Shown: positions 16,031 to 25,031 of the stretch, piece after piece
How positions within the stretch are numbered: the first letter of the stretch is position 1
Layout of the letters: each line of letters begins with the position of its first letter
UHGV virus genome: UHGV-0283826
DNA from: a virus
Direction: 5' to 3' (one strand)
Length of the DNA: 36,933 bases
Notes under the pieces: generated by a model
The model's database searches: none
What the model was told of the DNA's origin: nothing
The model's input: the letters and a program-made list of their open reading frames with translations, nothing else
Position numbers and translations under genes: made by a program

Positions 16031-16393
16031 ATGAAAAAATACATAGCTGTCATATTAATGAGTTCTGTTTTATTGACAGGATGCAGCTCCAAAATAACAG
16101 AAGGTGAGATTTACAAGAAAGACTATCAGCCAGAAGAAACAATTATGATAATGACTCCGATGATTCATACAAATGGAAAGTCATCTTATACGACTTATAT
16201 TCCGATGTTTTATCACTATCCGGACAGATGGTGCATTTGGATTAAAGCAACAGAAAAGAATGATGAGGGGGAATATGATACAGCGGAATATTACACCACA
16301 GAAGAAGTGTACGAAGAGTGTGATATTGGAGATATGTTTTCTTATGAGGAAGATAGAGATTATAAAGAAGAGCCAGTAGAGAAAAAAGAATAA
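16031..16393 (+). CDS. Lipoprotein (signal peptide plus lipobox LLTGC), acidic mature part
   Basis: MKKYIAVILMSSVLLTGCSS is a type II signal peptide with a lipobox Cys. The mature domain is about 100 aa and D/E/Y-rich. Confidence 0.7.
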   Translation: MKKYIAVILMSSVLLTGCSSKITEGEIYKKDYQPEETIMIMTPMIHTNGKSSYTTYIPMFYHYPDRWCIWIKATEKNDEGEYDTAEYYTTEEVYEECDIGDMFSYEEDRDYKEEPVEKKE

Positions 16394-16445
16394 ATAGCAA
16401 CAAGTACAAACTGTAACACATAAACTTTTCTAGGAGGTGATGCAG

Positions 16446-16604
16446 GTGATCGTAGAGATCAAAAAGACAGAAAGCGGATGCACATATAAATTCGATGATT
16501 CAGCTTATCTGGGGAAAAGCGAAAAAGAGCATGAAAAAGTGATCAATGATGTATCAACTATCATAAACGAGCATCTGAGATCGGGAAAAGATAAAACCGC
16601 TTAG
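16446..16604 (+). CDS. Small hypothetical protein (52 aa)
   Basis: GTG at 16446, 8 nt after an AGGAGG SD (16432..16437). Not in the ORF track because it is under 60 aa. Confidence 0.3.
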   Translation: MIVEIKKTESGCTYKFDDSAYLGKSEKEHEKVINDVSTIINEHLRSGKDKTA

Positions 16605-16625
16605 GCGGTGGAAAGGAGGACAAGC

Positions 16626-16907
16626 GTGCAACAGAGAGAATTTGCTTTATACAAAAGAAGGTTACTGAGTCTGATCCCAGGAAAATTGCAGGACATTCCG
16701 AACAGGGAAGTGAAGATCAAGTTTTTCCGTTCCAGCCTGATTGAGCAGATTGAAAAGGAAAAGGACTGGCAGTTCACCGGGGAACAGGCAGCAGAGCTGA
16801 TCCGGATGGCAATTTATCCAGATCTGAGATCGGAGGAAGAACGGATGCGGTACGAAGATTTCCTCATGAATAGATTGGACAGAGTTATGTCAGAGAATGA
16901 GAAATGA
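16626..16907 (+). CDS. Hypothetical protein (93 aa)
   Basis: GTG at 16626 after a GAAAGGAGGA SD. In frame with track ORF 16608. Confidence 0.4.
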   Translation: MQQREFALYKRRLLSLIPGKLQDIPNREVKIKFFRSSLIEQIEKEKDWQFTGEQAAELIRMAIYPDLRSEEERMRYEDFLMNRLDRVMSENEK

Positions 16908-16941
16908 GCCAGAAAAGAGGAAGAAGGGAGAAAGACCACAT

Positions 16942-17259
16942 ATGGATTATCAGGTGGACGAAAACACAGGAACTGGGCTGCTGCTCTGGGACATGGGAAG
17001 AAGCGGACGAGTACGCCAGGAAGAAGAACAAAGGAGATTACATCATATTAGAATGAGCCTTTGGAGAACAAGGTTTATCACAGGCGTTGGAATGCTTGTT
17101 GGAATCTTCTATGCTTCCGGAGCAGCAATTACATATTCCATATCAGTCAAAGCACCGGAGTCAACGCTGGAGCGTGTTCTGATCGGACTGGCTGTATCAG
17201 CAAGCTTCTATGCGCTGAATTCGATCGCAAGGACGCTGGAAAAACAGATAAAAAAATAA
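16942..17259 (+). CDS. Small membrane protein (2 TM)
   Basis: ATG at 16942 after GGGAGAAAG. Two hydrophobic helices (FITGVGMLVGIFYASGAAITY; LIGLAVSASFYALNSIA). Confidence 0.4.
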   Translation: MDYQVDENTGTGLLLWDMGRSGRVRQEEEQRRLHHIRMSLWRTRFITGVGMLVGIFYASGAAITYSISVKAPESTLERVLIGLAVSASFYALNSIARTLEKQIKK

Positions 17260-17416
17260 CACTTCCGGAGGTAACGGAAGTGTTGAATGCAAGACTTTTG
17301 TCTCGCAGATATTAAAGACAATATTATCTTAACATCTGTGAGGCAGAAAGTCAAGAAAAACGGGGATTCTGCCCCATTTTAATACTCGATTAAGATATTA
17401 AAGATAGAGGTATACG
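17260..17416 (+). promoter_or_regulatory. Intergenic region upstream of rep: perfect 8-bp-stem hairpin plus two direct copies of AGATATTAAAGA (candidate double-strand origin / iterons)
   Basis: CACTTCCG (17260..17267) - GAGGTAA - CGGAAGTG (17275..17282). AGATATTAAAGA occurs at 17307..17318 and 17393..17404. Hairpin GGGGattctgCCCC at 17362..17375. Confidence 0.35.
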
Positions 17417-18178
17417 ATGGCTACGAAGAGAGTAACACACACCTTCCGGAAGGGAGACATCCTGGAGGTAAAGGAATACCATGATGGCAGGTATGGAGCA
17501 AGAGGACTGCCAAGAGAAAAGAAGAGAAAGCCGACACCGGAGCAGATGGCAGTGGTGAATGCTATGAATAAAGCAGAGACAGCCAGACACAGATTGTTGG
17601 AGTACTTTGGCAAGGGAGACTACTTCCTGACATTGACGTACAAGGTAGAAGAGAGACCTCCGGACATGGCGAAAGCAAAGAAGGATTTCACGAATCTGAT
17701 AAGTAAGCTAAGAACAAGATACAAGAAAGAACAGATCGAATTGCGCTGGATCCGGAACATTGAGAAAGGGACCAAGGGAGCATGGCACGTTCACATGGTC
17801 ATCACCGGATGCCGGGATACAATCCGCTGGGTAGAGGAATGTTGGCCACATGGTGGAATCTATGCAGAACAACTGGAGAAAAGCAAATACTACGAAGAGG
17901 ATTTCTCACAGCTCGCATCCTACATTACCAAAAACGAGAAGGTGGGAGAAAAGAGGGAGGATGGAAAGAGGGACAAGCCAAGACTCAGCGAATCCAGTTA
18001 CAGCACTTCGCGGAACATGCCGCTGAAACCACCAAAGAAGAAAAAACTGGCAAGATGGCCAAAAGAGATCAAACAAAAGAACGGCTATTACATTGCCAAG
18101 AGCTATGAAGGAATCAATCCGGCCACTGGGTTCAAGTACCGGAGATACACATTGATCCGGTTGAACAGGAGGATTTGA
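17417..18178 (+). CDS. rep: Rolling-circle replication initiator (HUH endonuclease superfamily, pC194/phiX-type Rep)
   Basis: The three RCR motifs occur in canonical order: motif 1 FLTLTY, motif 2 HVHMVI (HUH) and motif 3 YITKNEK (YxxK catalytic Tyr). Basic C-terminus. Confidence 0.7.
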   Translation: MATKRVTHTFRKGDILEVKEYHDGRYGARGLPREKKRKPTPEQMAVVNAMNKAETARHRLLEYFGKGDYFLTLTYKVEERPPDMAKAKKDFTNLISKLRTRYKKEQIELRWIRNIEKGTKGAWHVHMVITGCRDTIRWVEECWPHGGIYAEQLEKSKYYEEDFSQLASYITKNEKVGEKREDGKRDKPRLSESSYSTSRNMPLKPPKKKKLARWPKEIKQKNGYYIAKSYEGINPATGFKYRRYTLIRLNRRI

Positions 18179-18182
18179 AGAC

Positions 18183-18620
18183 ATGAAGACAGTGAAAGTC
18201 TACATAGAGACAACCGTCACAGGACCATTTGTCCGGGATGGGAAATATGGTGCAGCTTTAGTGTTTACTAAGCAAAACGGAGAAGTGAAGGACTTGTTTG
18301 TACAGGGTGAAGAAACAGAGACAACACATAACCGCAGCGTACTATTAGCCATGATTCGGGCATTCCAGAGATTCACAGAGCCATGCCATATCATATTCTA
18401 CACAAGGAATACATTTATCCGTGACATGGTTCAGGCAGACAATCCGGAAAAGTGGAGACGGGCAGAGTGGAGAAAGTCGGATGGAAAAGACATACAGAAC
18501 AAGGAACTATGGCAGTTGTTCCTGGAAGAGAGTGAAGAACACGAGATAGAGATCGTATACGAAAACAACAGTGAGTATAAAAGGACGCTTGAAGCGTACT
18601 TACAAGGAGAAGAGGTATAA
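18183..18620 (+). CDS. RNase H-like protein (RNase HI fold)
   Basis: VKVYIETTVTGPFVRDGKYGAALVF...THNRSVLLAMIRAFQ...HIIFYTRNTFI follows the RNase HI D/E/D/D block pattern. Confidence 0.55.
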   Translation: MKTVKVYIETTVTGPFVRDGKYGAALVFTKQNGEVKDLFVQGEETETTHNRSVLLAMIRAFQRFTEPCHIIFYTRNTFIRDMVQADNPEKWRRAEWRKSDGKDIQNKELWQLFLEESEEHEIEIVYENNSEYKRTLEAYLQGEEV

Positions 18621-18622
18621 AG

Positions 18623-19111
18623 ATGTTTGAGAAGTTTGGAGAATTTGATTCTTGCGAGGAGATCAACCGTGCAGCCAAAGCACAGTTGGAAGAGGGAGAC
18701 TTAGAAGCGATCAAGACAATCGCAGAGGAGAACGGACTGGATCCGGAAGACGCAGAGGACTTTTGCACCGGTGCAATTGAAGAGCTGACGACACCGATTC
18801 TTGCGGCTATTGGAAAACTAGAACTGGAAGCGAAGGACCTGAAACTGGAAGGAGCACTGAAGGACTGGACAGATTGCATCAAACAATCTTGCATGGAAAA
18901 TGAAGAGATGGCTCTTGCAGTCAGAAGGAAAGGAAAATCTCTGAAAGATTGCATGGCAATAATCTTGAAGAAAGCGTTCGGGGAAAAGACACAGTTAGAT
19001 GACAGAATCACCAAGGCAGCAGGCTTGAGACCACCACTGTATATTAGCATTCCAGGAAAGGCACAGATCAAAGAGATCGTGAGAGAGTACTATCTAGGTG
19101 AGAAAAAATGA
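18623..19111 (+). CDS. Hypothetical protein (possibly PcfK-like)
   Basis: 162 aa, acidic and helical. Sits upstream of the PcfJ-like gene as on pCF10-type elements. Confidence 0.4.
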   Translation: MFEKFGEFDSCEEINRAAKAQLEEGDLEAIKTIAEENGLDPEDAEDFCTGAIEELTTPILAAIGKLELEAKDLKLEGALKDWTDCIKQSCMENEEMALAVRRKGKSLKDCMAIILKKAFGEKTQLDDRITKAAGLRPPLYISIPGKAQIKEIVREYYLGEKK

Positions 19112-19692
19112 TCGTATACAAGGGATTTAATGAGAAACTGCAGGCAACCCACGGAAAGGGAACATTCCAGTATGAACAGGGAAAGACCTACACGGAAGAG
19201 AAAAGTAAGACAAGATCCACGGGATTCCATGCGGCAGAATACATCCTGGATTGTCTGAACTGGTACACGCTTGACGGAAAGAACCGTTTCTTCCGGTGCG
19301 AGGCAGGCGGAAGCATAGACGAAGAAGAGGGCTGTTCAATGGTCGTATCCACGGAGCTGACACTGAAAGAAGAGCTGAATCTGACAGAAATCGCATTCGC
19401 AGCAATGAGATACATTATTGAGCATCCAAAAAGAGATTGGCGCGTGATCACTAGCGGAGTGTGTGTACAGGAAGATGATGCGGAGGCGATCGGAACAGAT
19501 AAGATTGCAATTGCGAGAGGCAAAAACCCGGTCGTAGCAGGAAATCGTGGAACCGTAATCGGACTGATCCTTGAAAATGCTGACGGAGAGATTATCGCAG
19601 CAAGCATCCGGAAAGTGGATGATGTGCAGACGAAAGACTCCCAGTATTACACGCTGACACCGGACAGGAGATGGGTGGAGGTGCATGTATGA
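19108..19692 (+). CDS. Hypothetical phage protein (N-terminal YKGFN...GFHA motif family)
   Basis: Translationally coupled to its neighbours. The MIVYKGFNEKL...GFHAAEYILDCLNWY N-terminus is recurrent in Firmicutes phage proteins of unknown function. Confidence 0.45.
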   Translation: MIVYKGFNEKLQATHGKGTFQYEQGKTYTEEKSKTRSTGFHAAEYILDCLNWYTLDGKNRFFRCEAGGSIDEEEGCSMVVSTELTLKEELNLTEIAFAAMRYIIEHPKRDWRVITSGVCVQEDDAEAIGTDKIAIARGKNPVVAGNRGTVIGLILENADGEIIAASIRKVDDVQTKDSQYYTLTPDRRWVEVHV

Positions 19693-21827
19693 GACGGAAA
19701 GAAATTGAACGGCTGAAACCGCTGAAAACCAAAGAGGAGGGACATGTAGCGACATTACAGGAACTGGGACAAGTCCTTATTCTGAATATATTTTTCGACA
19801 GAGAACTACTGACGAAATATTGCATCAACTATGAGACAGGAGAACATGAGTATTGGAGAGAAAAGGACGGATGGAGAAAAGGCTCTATCATGTCTGCATT
19901 GAATGAGAAGTGGCGAAACTGGGAGTGGAGACAGTATGAGAATTATCCAAAGCTGGAAACGAAAGATGCGAAACGCCTCAGTAAGCTGATCAAGCAGAGG
20001 TCGTGGGACAATAACGGCTGGGAGAGAATCAGAGCGTTGGAGGGAGAGTATAACAGAAAAATCAGATGGAATACAGCAGTAAACAGACATGAACGACTGA
20101 TGGACGTGATGAGAAAAGTTCCGGATGCGCCAAAAGATCTGCGGAGCTGGTTCTTCAAGAGATCTGCCGGGGAAGATTATATGTTCCGTGACCGGAATAC
20201 GAAAGAATATACCTGTACGAACTGTGGAGAAGCAAGTACGGCAGCAGAGATCCAGAGACAAGATGGAGGGAAAAAGATCAGGCATAACGACATGGTGTTC
20301 TGTCCAAATTGTGGGAAGCTGGTAATGGCCAAAACAAGAACAGACCATATTGTGAAGAAAACGGAGAGCTGCTATCTGTTAGAACCAGTAGACGAAGACA
20401 CAAGTGTGCTCAGAATCATAGACGCAACTGTTGGATGGGAAAGAGACAGACATTATGTACAGCTTGAGGATGAGATCCGGATTCTGATGTACAAGGTGTG
20501 GACAAATGGGACGAGTAAGAAAGCCTATAAGATCTATTATGAGGACTATCTGGAAGGATGGACAAAGGGCAACAGGAGAAATCTAAGGGCAAGAGAAGGA
20601 TATCTCTATCCGGGAGAATTTGGAAAAATACTGGCTGGAACTATCTATGAAGATGCCTCCAATGTCCTGCGATTCCTCTCAATGCAAGGGAGAAAGCTGA
20701 ATTATAACAGACTGATCTGCGGTGCAGGAAGAATCAGAGGATATTCGGAGAAAATAGAATATCTGAGTAAGGGACGGTTTTGGAATCTTCTGCGAGATAC
20801 CGTAGGAAATACAGAATATCCAGGATATCCGACAACGTATTTCGGTCCGTTAAACATCTATGCAGAGAGCATAGAAGAGATGTTCGGCATCAATGACCGT
20901 CAGAAGATCAACCGGATCCGGGATGAAAACGGCGGAAATGAGTACGTGCGCTGGATGCAGTATTCTGACATGACAGGAAAGAAAATTTCGAAAGAGACGG
21001 TCGAGTGGATGATAGAAAAAAGGATTCGTCCGCTGGATATGGGAGAATCTGAAAAATACATGAGTCCTCAGAAACTCATGAATTACATCAAAAGGCAGCA
21101 GAAAGAGCAGTATCCGAATCTGACAGCAGAAAAAGTACTGGAAGAATACGAAGACTATCTTAACATGTGCAAGGCATGCAACAAGAATATGGCAGATGAG
21201 ATGGTCTATCGGCCAAGAGAGTTAAAACGTAGACATGACGAGGTAGTTGTGGATCAGCAACAGATACAGATTCTAAAAGAGCTGGAAAGCAATGCGGAAG
21301 GAAAAGAAGCTTATGCGCAGGAGATGCGAGAGAAGTTCCCGGAAGCGGAAGGAATTCTGAAAGAGATTAAAAGCCGATACGAATACGAGAATGAAGAATA
21401 CAAGATCATTGTACCGAACACGCTGGTGGATATCGTAAAAGAAGGACGTGCGCTGCATCATTGTGCCGGCAGCAGTGAACGATACTTTGACAGAATTGAG
21501 AGTAGAGAGACCTACATCTGTTTTTTGCGAAGACAGGGAGCACCGGGAATACCATTTTACACGATCGAAGTAGAACCGGGAGGAACAATCAGACAGCACA
21601 GAAGCTACTACGACGAAGAGCCGGGAATTGAAGAAATCAGAGTCTTTCTGAAGGAATGGCAGAAAGCAATCAGGAAACGTCTGACAGAGGAAGACAGAAA
21701 ACTGGCCAAGATCAGCAAGGTCAAGAGAGAAGCAAACATAGCAGAGCTGAAAGAGAAGAATAACACAAGAGTCCTACAAGGATTAGCAGAAGATTTTCTT
21801 GAAGCAGAAGAATTGGAGGCAGTTTGA
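19689..21827 (+). CDS. PcfJ-like protein with internal zinc ribbon (C-x2-C...C-x2-C) and conserved C-terminal HHCAGS...Y..R..SRETYICFLRR block
   Basis: ATG at 19689 overlaps the upstream stop (ATGA) and lies 5 nt after GGTGGAGGTG. CTNCGE...CPNCGK zinc ribbon. C-terminal motif reminiscent of the PcfJ family. Confidence 0.45.
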   Translation: MRRKEIERLKPLKTKEEGHVATLQELGQVLILNIFFDRELLTKYCINYETGEHEYWREKDGWRKGSIMSALNEKWRNWEWRQYENYPKLETKDAKRLSKLIKQRSWDNNGWERIRALEGEYNRKIRWNTAVNRHERLMDVMRKVPDAPKDLRSWFFKRSAGEDYMFRDRNTKEYTCTNCGEASTAAEIQRQDGGKKIRHNDMVFCPNCGKLVMAKTRTDHIVKKTESCYLLEPVDEDTSVLRIIDATVGWERDRHYVQLEDEIRILMYKVWTNGTSKKAYKIYYEDYLEGWTKGNRRNLRAREGYLYPGEFGKILAGTIYEDASNVLRFLSMQGRKLNYNRLICGAGRIRGYSEKIEYLSKGRFWNLLRDTVGNTEYPGYPTTYFGPLNIYAESIEEMFGINDRQKINRIRDENGGNEYVRWMQYSDMTGKKISKETVEWMIEKRIRPLDMGESEKYMSPQKLMNYIKRQQKEQYPNLTAEKVLEEYEDYLNMCKACNKNMADEMVYRPRELKRRHDEVVVDQQQIQILKELESNAEGKEAYAQEMREKFPEAEGILKEIKSRYEYENEEYKIIVPNTLVDIVKEGRALHHCAGSSERYFDRIESRETYICFLRRQGAPGIPFYTIEVEPGGTIRQHRSYYDEEPGIEEIRVFLKEWQKAIRKRLTEEDRKLAKISKVKREANIAELKEKNNTRVLQGLAEDFLEAEELEAV

Positions 21828-23170
21828 TGGAATTAGCACAATATCAAAATTATGAGGAATACAAAAAGGCAATGAACACCGTACTGAACAGAACGGTAGA
21901 AGATTTTGTCATGACTGGATATCTGCTGAAGCAGGGAAGAGATAGCGATATCTTAAAGGATTCAGGATATAGCAATGTCAATGAATTTGCGTGGGCGGAA
22001 TACAAGCTTGAAGCCACACAGGTATCCAGATACATCAGAATCAATGACAGATTCTCGGAGGGTGGTTACTCTCCGAGACTGCAGGAGCATTACAAAGGAT
22101 TTGGCTATGCGAAGCTGGCACTGATGCTGACGCTTCCGGAAAGCGTAGCAGAAGAGCTGACACCGGCATACAGCAAGTCAGAGATCCAGGCGGTCAAAGA
22201 AGAGATAGAAAGCGAAGAGAAGATCACAGATATCGAAGTCATTTTGGAAGGCGAGAAAGAAGAACAGAAAGAACTCGACAATCTGGAAAAGGCAATCCAT
22301 CAGATCTGCATGGATGAACCGGAACTGTATCTAAAACTGCATGAGGCAGTCAGAACAAGCATAGGAACAGGACGGATCAAAGAGGTGTTAGCACCGGACG
22401 GGGACAAGCTATACAGTGTAAGACCACAAGGCTGCGGAAGAATTATGCTCTATCTAAACGACGAGAAGGATGAGGTCATACTGCAGGTTGTAAGACAAGG
22501 ACTGAAAGAAAAGTTTGCCTGGGAGAATATTTTAAGCTATCTTGTCCTGATCACAGAAGAGGAAGACGCAAAACAGAATTGGGAGGAGCTCTACGGACAG
22601 AAGTATCCGGAAAAAGAACGGATTGCACCAGTGCAACCGAAGAAAGAGAAGAGAAAAGAGTCGAAGGTAGTAAAGGCGAAGCTGCCAAAACCCAAAAAAC
22701 CGGAGAAACAGGAGACGAAGAAACCGGTAGAGCTTCCAAACGATATTCCGGGACAGACAGAGATTGAGAAAGATTTTCCGGAAATGCTTCCGGAAGCAGG
22801 GGGAACACCGGAAATACGGAGCGATTTTATCAGAGCGGGACAGCACGAAGAGGAAAATTGCACCAGTGCAATGCCGGAACCTGTGGAGATTGTGGAAAAG
22901 CCTGTGGATAATTCAGAGCAGATGGAAGAAAATGCGAGAAACACAGAAGCGGGAGCCAATTCGGAACCGGTGGATAAGTCCGAAGAAGAACAGAATCCGG
23001 CCGGCAGCAGATGGGAATACATGAAGACAATGGAATCATACAAGATGGCACTGTACATGGCAGCATCCGTGAAAGAGATGCCTCACATGATGTTGAACTC
23101 GGCAGAGTATTGGAAGAAATGGTTAGAAGCAGAGGTGGATGAAAATGGAGAGAAACTCAGTAAGAAATAA
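21824..23170 (+). CDS. Hypothetical protein with N-terminal ParB/HTH-like DNA-binding region and long Lys/Glu/Pro-rich low-complexity C-half
   Basis: GYSNVNEFAWAEYKLEATQVSRYIRINDRFSE resembles a ParB-type HTH. KPKKPEKQETKKP-type low complexity. Acidic tail. Confidence 0.4.
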   Translation: MMELAQYQNYEEYKKAMNTVLNRTVEDFVMTGYLLKQGRDSDILKDSGYSNVNEFAWAEYKLEATQVSRYIRINDRFSEGGYSPRLQEHYKGFGYAKLALMLTLPESVAEELTPAYSKSEIQAVKEEIESEEKITDIEVILEGEKEEQKELDNLEKAIHQICMDEPELYLKLHEAVRTSIGTGRIKEVLAPDGDKLYSVRPQGCGRIMLYLNDEKDEVILQVVRQGLKEKFAWENILSYLVLITEEEDAKQNWEELYGQKYPEKERIAPVQPKKEKRKESKVVKAKLPKPKKPEKQETKKPVELPNDIPGQTEIEKDFPEMLPEAGGTPEIRSDFIRAGQHEEENCTSAMPEPVEIVEKPVDNSEQMEENARNTEAGANSEPVDKSEEEQNPAGSRWEYMKTMESYKMALYMAASVKEMPHMMLNSAEYWKKWLEAEVDENGEKLSKK

Positions 23171-23182
23171 GGCGATCACATT

Positions 23183-23548
23183 ATGAGTATCGATTATTCA
23201 GACATGGCATTTCCAAAATTAGTCAGTAAGAAAAAAAGAAAATCACATAAAAAGAGCATCCTCAAGAGTAGAAAGGGAGTCTGCTATCTCTGTTTGATAC
23301 TCTATGACGATTCTTCCAAGAAGTACACAGAGGAACATCACATCATGTTCGGATCCGGACAGCGCGAACTATCTGAGGCAGATGGACTCAAGGTAGATCT
23401 GTGTCGGAATCATCACAAAGAAGGACCGGAAGCGGTCCACAATAACCGAGAAATGCGGGAACTGCTCTGCAGAATAGCACAGAAAGAATATGAGCAGACA
23501 CATACGAGAGAAGAGTGGATGGCGAGATATAAGAAAAATTATCTATAG
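23183..23548 (+). CDS. HNH-like zinc-binding nuclease family protein (HNHc_6-like)
   Basis: CYLC....EEHHIMFGSGQR..SE..GLKVDLCRNHH..GPEAVHNNRE pattern (Cys pair, HH, Cys, HH). Confidence 0.45.
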   Translation: MSIDYSDMAFPKLVSKKKRKSHKKSILKSRKGVCYLCLILYDDSSKKYTEEHHIMFGSGQRELSEADGLKVDLCRNHHKEGPEAVHNNREMRELLCRIAQKEYEQTHTREEWMARYKKNYL

Positions 23549-23613
23549 TTACCTCCGCTGAATGGCGTGGAGATAAAAGTATGTCACAATACTGCAACAT
23601 GATAACAAAGACT

Positions 23614-23638
23614 TCCTCCCTGGATGCGGCAGGGAGGA
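23614..23638 (+). promoter_or_regulatory. Strong 9-bp-stem hairpin immediately 5' of the RBS of the next small gene
   Basis: TCCTCCCTG (23614..23622) - GATGCGG - CAGGGAGGA (23630..23638) is a perfect stem. No U-tract follows, so it is not a terminator. Confidence 0.35.
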
Positions 23639-23653
23639 GAAAGGAGCAGGCAA

Positions 23654-23830
23654 GTGCCAAAAAGACAGAGATCAACAGCTTGGAAAAGCGAGCTGGCTGA
23701 GATAAATGCAAAAGCAAGACAAGAAGGAATGAGTTATGGACAGTACGTGGGATTAATGTACTGCGAAGAAAGAGACGAGATGGAAAGAAGGAGAAGATAT
23801 GACAGAAAAAGACGAGAAAGATTTGGTTGA
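23654..23830 (+). CDS. Small Arg/Lys-rich protein (58 aa)
   Basis: GTG at 23654, 7 nt after an AAGGAG SD. In frame with track ORF 23624. Confidence 0.3.
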   Translation: MPKRQRSTAWKSELAEINAKARQEGMSYGQYVGLMYCEERDEMERRRRYDRKRRERFG

Positions 23831-24311
23831 TTGGTTGGATCAGGCAGAAGCAGAAACAAAAGCAACAATTGCAGAGCATGAAAGAATCGATTCTTTTTAT
23901 GACGGAGTACTTTCAACGATCCAGACAGTCCGTGAATATATCAAGAAAATGCGTAAGGTGGATGAAGCGGAAGGAGAGAAACAGATGAAAGAGATTATAA
24001 CAGATAGCAAGTTTGAGTATATCGAAGAAATCGAGCCATTTTTCTGGTGGACAGGAAGCTTGAACATAAAGCAGGCAATCACACACTTGACAAAGCGGTA
24101 CGATGAAGAGGAAGCGCACAATCTGTTGGATGAAAAGTTAGAATTTGTATCTGACTACATGAGAAATAATCACGGAGCTGTCGAGCAGTACGGAATTTAC
24201 CTCATTCCGGAATTTATGCTTGGATATGATGACATAGAGATTGTGATTGTAGCGGCATCCGAAAACGAGCGGGCTACGGTGGTATTCTCGGATATTCCGG
24301 TAGTTAAGTGA
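23799..24311 (+). CDS. Hypothetical acidic protein (170 aa)
   Basis: ATG after an AAGGAG SD. D/E-rich (about 26% acidic residues). Confidence 0.45.
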   Translation: MTEKDEKDLVDWLDQAEAETKATIAEHERIDSFYDGVLSTIQTVREYIKKMRKVDEAEGEKQMKEIITDSKFEYIEEIEPFFWWTGSLNIKQAITHLTKRYDEEEAHNLLDEKLEFVSDYMRNNHGAVEQYGIYLIPEFMLGYDDIEIVIVAASENERATVVFSDIPVVK

Positions 24312-24319
24312 GGTGGGAG

Positions 24320-24553
24320 ATGAAGAATAAATATTCTAAAAAGCAGTTAGAAGAATTGTATAACTGCGAGATTTTCAAAGATACTGGTTTTGATAGCTGT
24401 ACAAAGTTTTGGGTAGCGCAAGGTTTACCATTTACGGAAGATGGTGAAGATATATTATTTACATACGCTGACGGATGGGATTTAAATGAGTTGCATGAAA
24501 ATATCAGAGAAGAAATCAGAAAAAAGTTGGAGGCAGTTGAATATTATGAATAG
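24320..24553 (+). CDS. Small hypothetical acidic protein (77 aa)
   Basis: ATG at 24320 after GAGGTGGGAG. In frame with track ORF 24308. Confidence 0.35.
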   Translation: MKNKYSKKQLEELYNCEIFKDTGFDSCTKFWVAQGLPFTEDGEDILFTYADGWDLNELHENIREEIRKKLEAVEYYE

Positions 24554-25031
24554 AGAAATACTTTTTAGAGGAAAACGTGTAGATAATGGTGAGTGGGTAG
24601 AGGGATATTTGTTTGACGATGGTTACCAAAAACCTGAGCACGTTTTTGTCGGTGGTTTGATTATTGACGAATACGAGGGGACGGCTTGTGATGAATGGGA
24701 TATTAATGGAATTGGTTTTTGCGATGTTGAACCGAATACAGTCTGCCAGTACACAGGATTAACCGGCAAGAACGGAAAGAAAATATGGGAAGGGGATATA
24801 ATTAAATACCATTTTGGAGAAGCTTATGCGCCGGTAAAATTCGGAGAATATCAGAATTGTTTTGATAGCACATCAACGTGCCATGTCGGATTTTATGTGG
24901 ACTGGGACAAAAACCATAATTTTAGAAAAGACTTGGGATATTGGATCAAGTTAGTTGATGCAGAAGTTGTAGGCAACATATTTGATAATCCTGAGTTGTT
25001 AGAAGAGGAGAATGTGCATGGAGCAGATTAA
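24546..25031 (+). CDS. YopX-family phage protein
   Basis: ILFRGKRVDNGEWVEGYL....VCQYTGLTGKNGKKIWEGDII matches the YopX signature (FRAWD...QYTGLKDKNGK.IYEGDI). Confidence 0.65.
   Translation: MNREILFRGKRVDNGEWVEGYLFDDGYQKPEHVFVGGLIIDEYEGTACDEWDINGIGFCDVEPNTVCQYTGLTGKNGKKIWEGDIIKYHFGEAYAPVKFGEYQNCFDSTSTCHVGFYVDWDKNHNFRKDLGYWIKLVDAEVVGNIFDNPELLEEENVHGAD

Noticed and set aside
18415-19071. 218-aa minus-strand ORF
   Set aside because: Antisense to two coupled plus-strand genes. Ser/Ala/Pro-rich low complexity typical of reverse-frame artefacts.
22532-23066. Several minus-strand ORFs (22532..22846, 22591..23058, 22830..23066)
   Set aside because: They overlap each other and the plus-strand 21824..23170 gene, and derive from its low-complexity Lys/Glu/Pro codons. 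No RBS.
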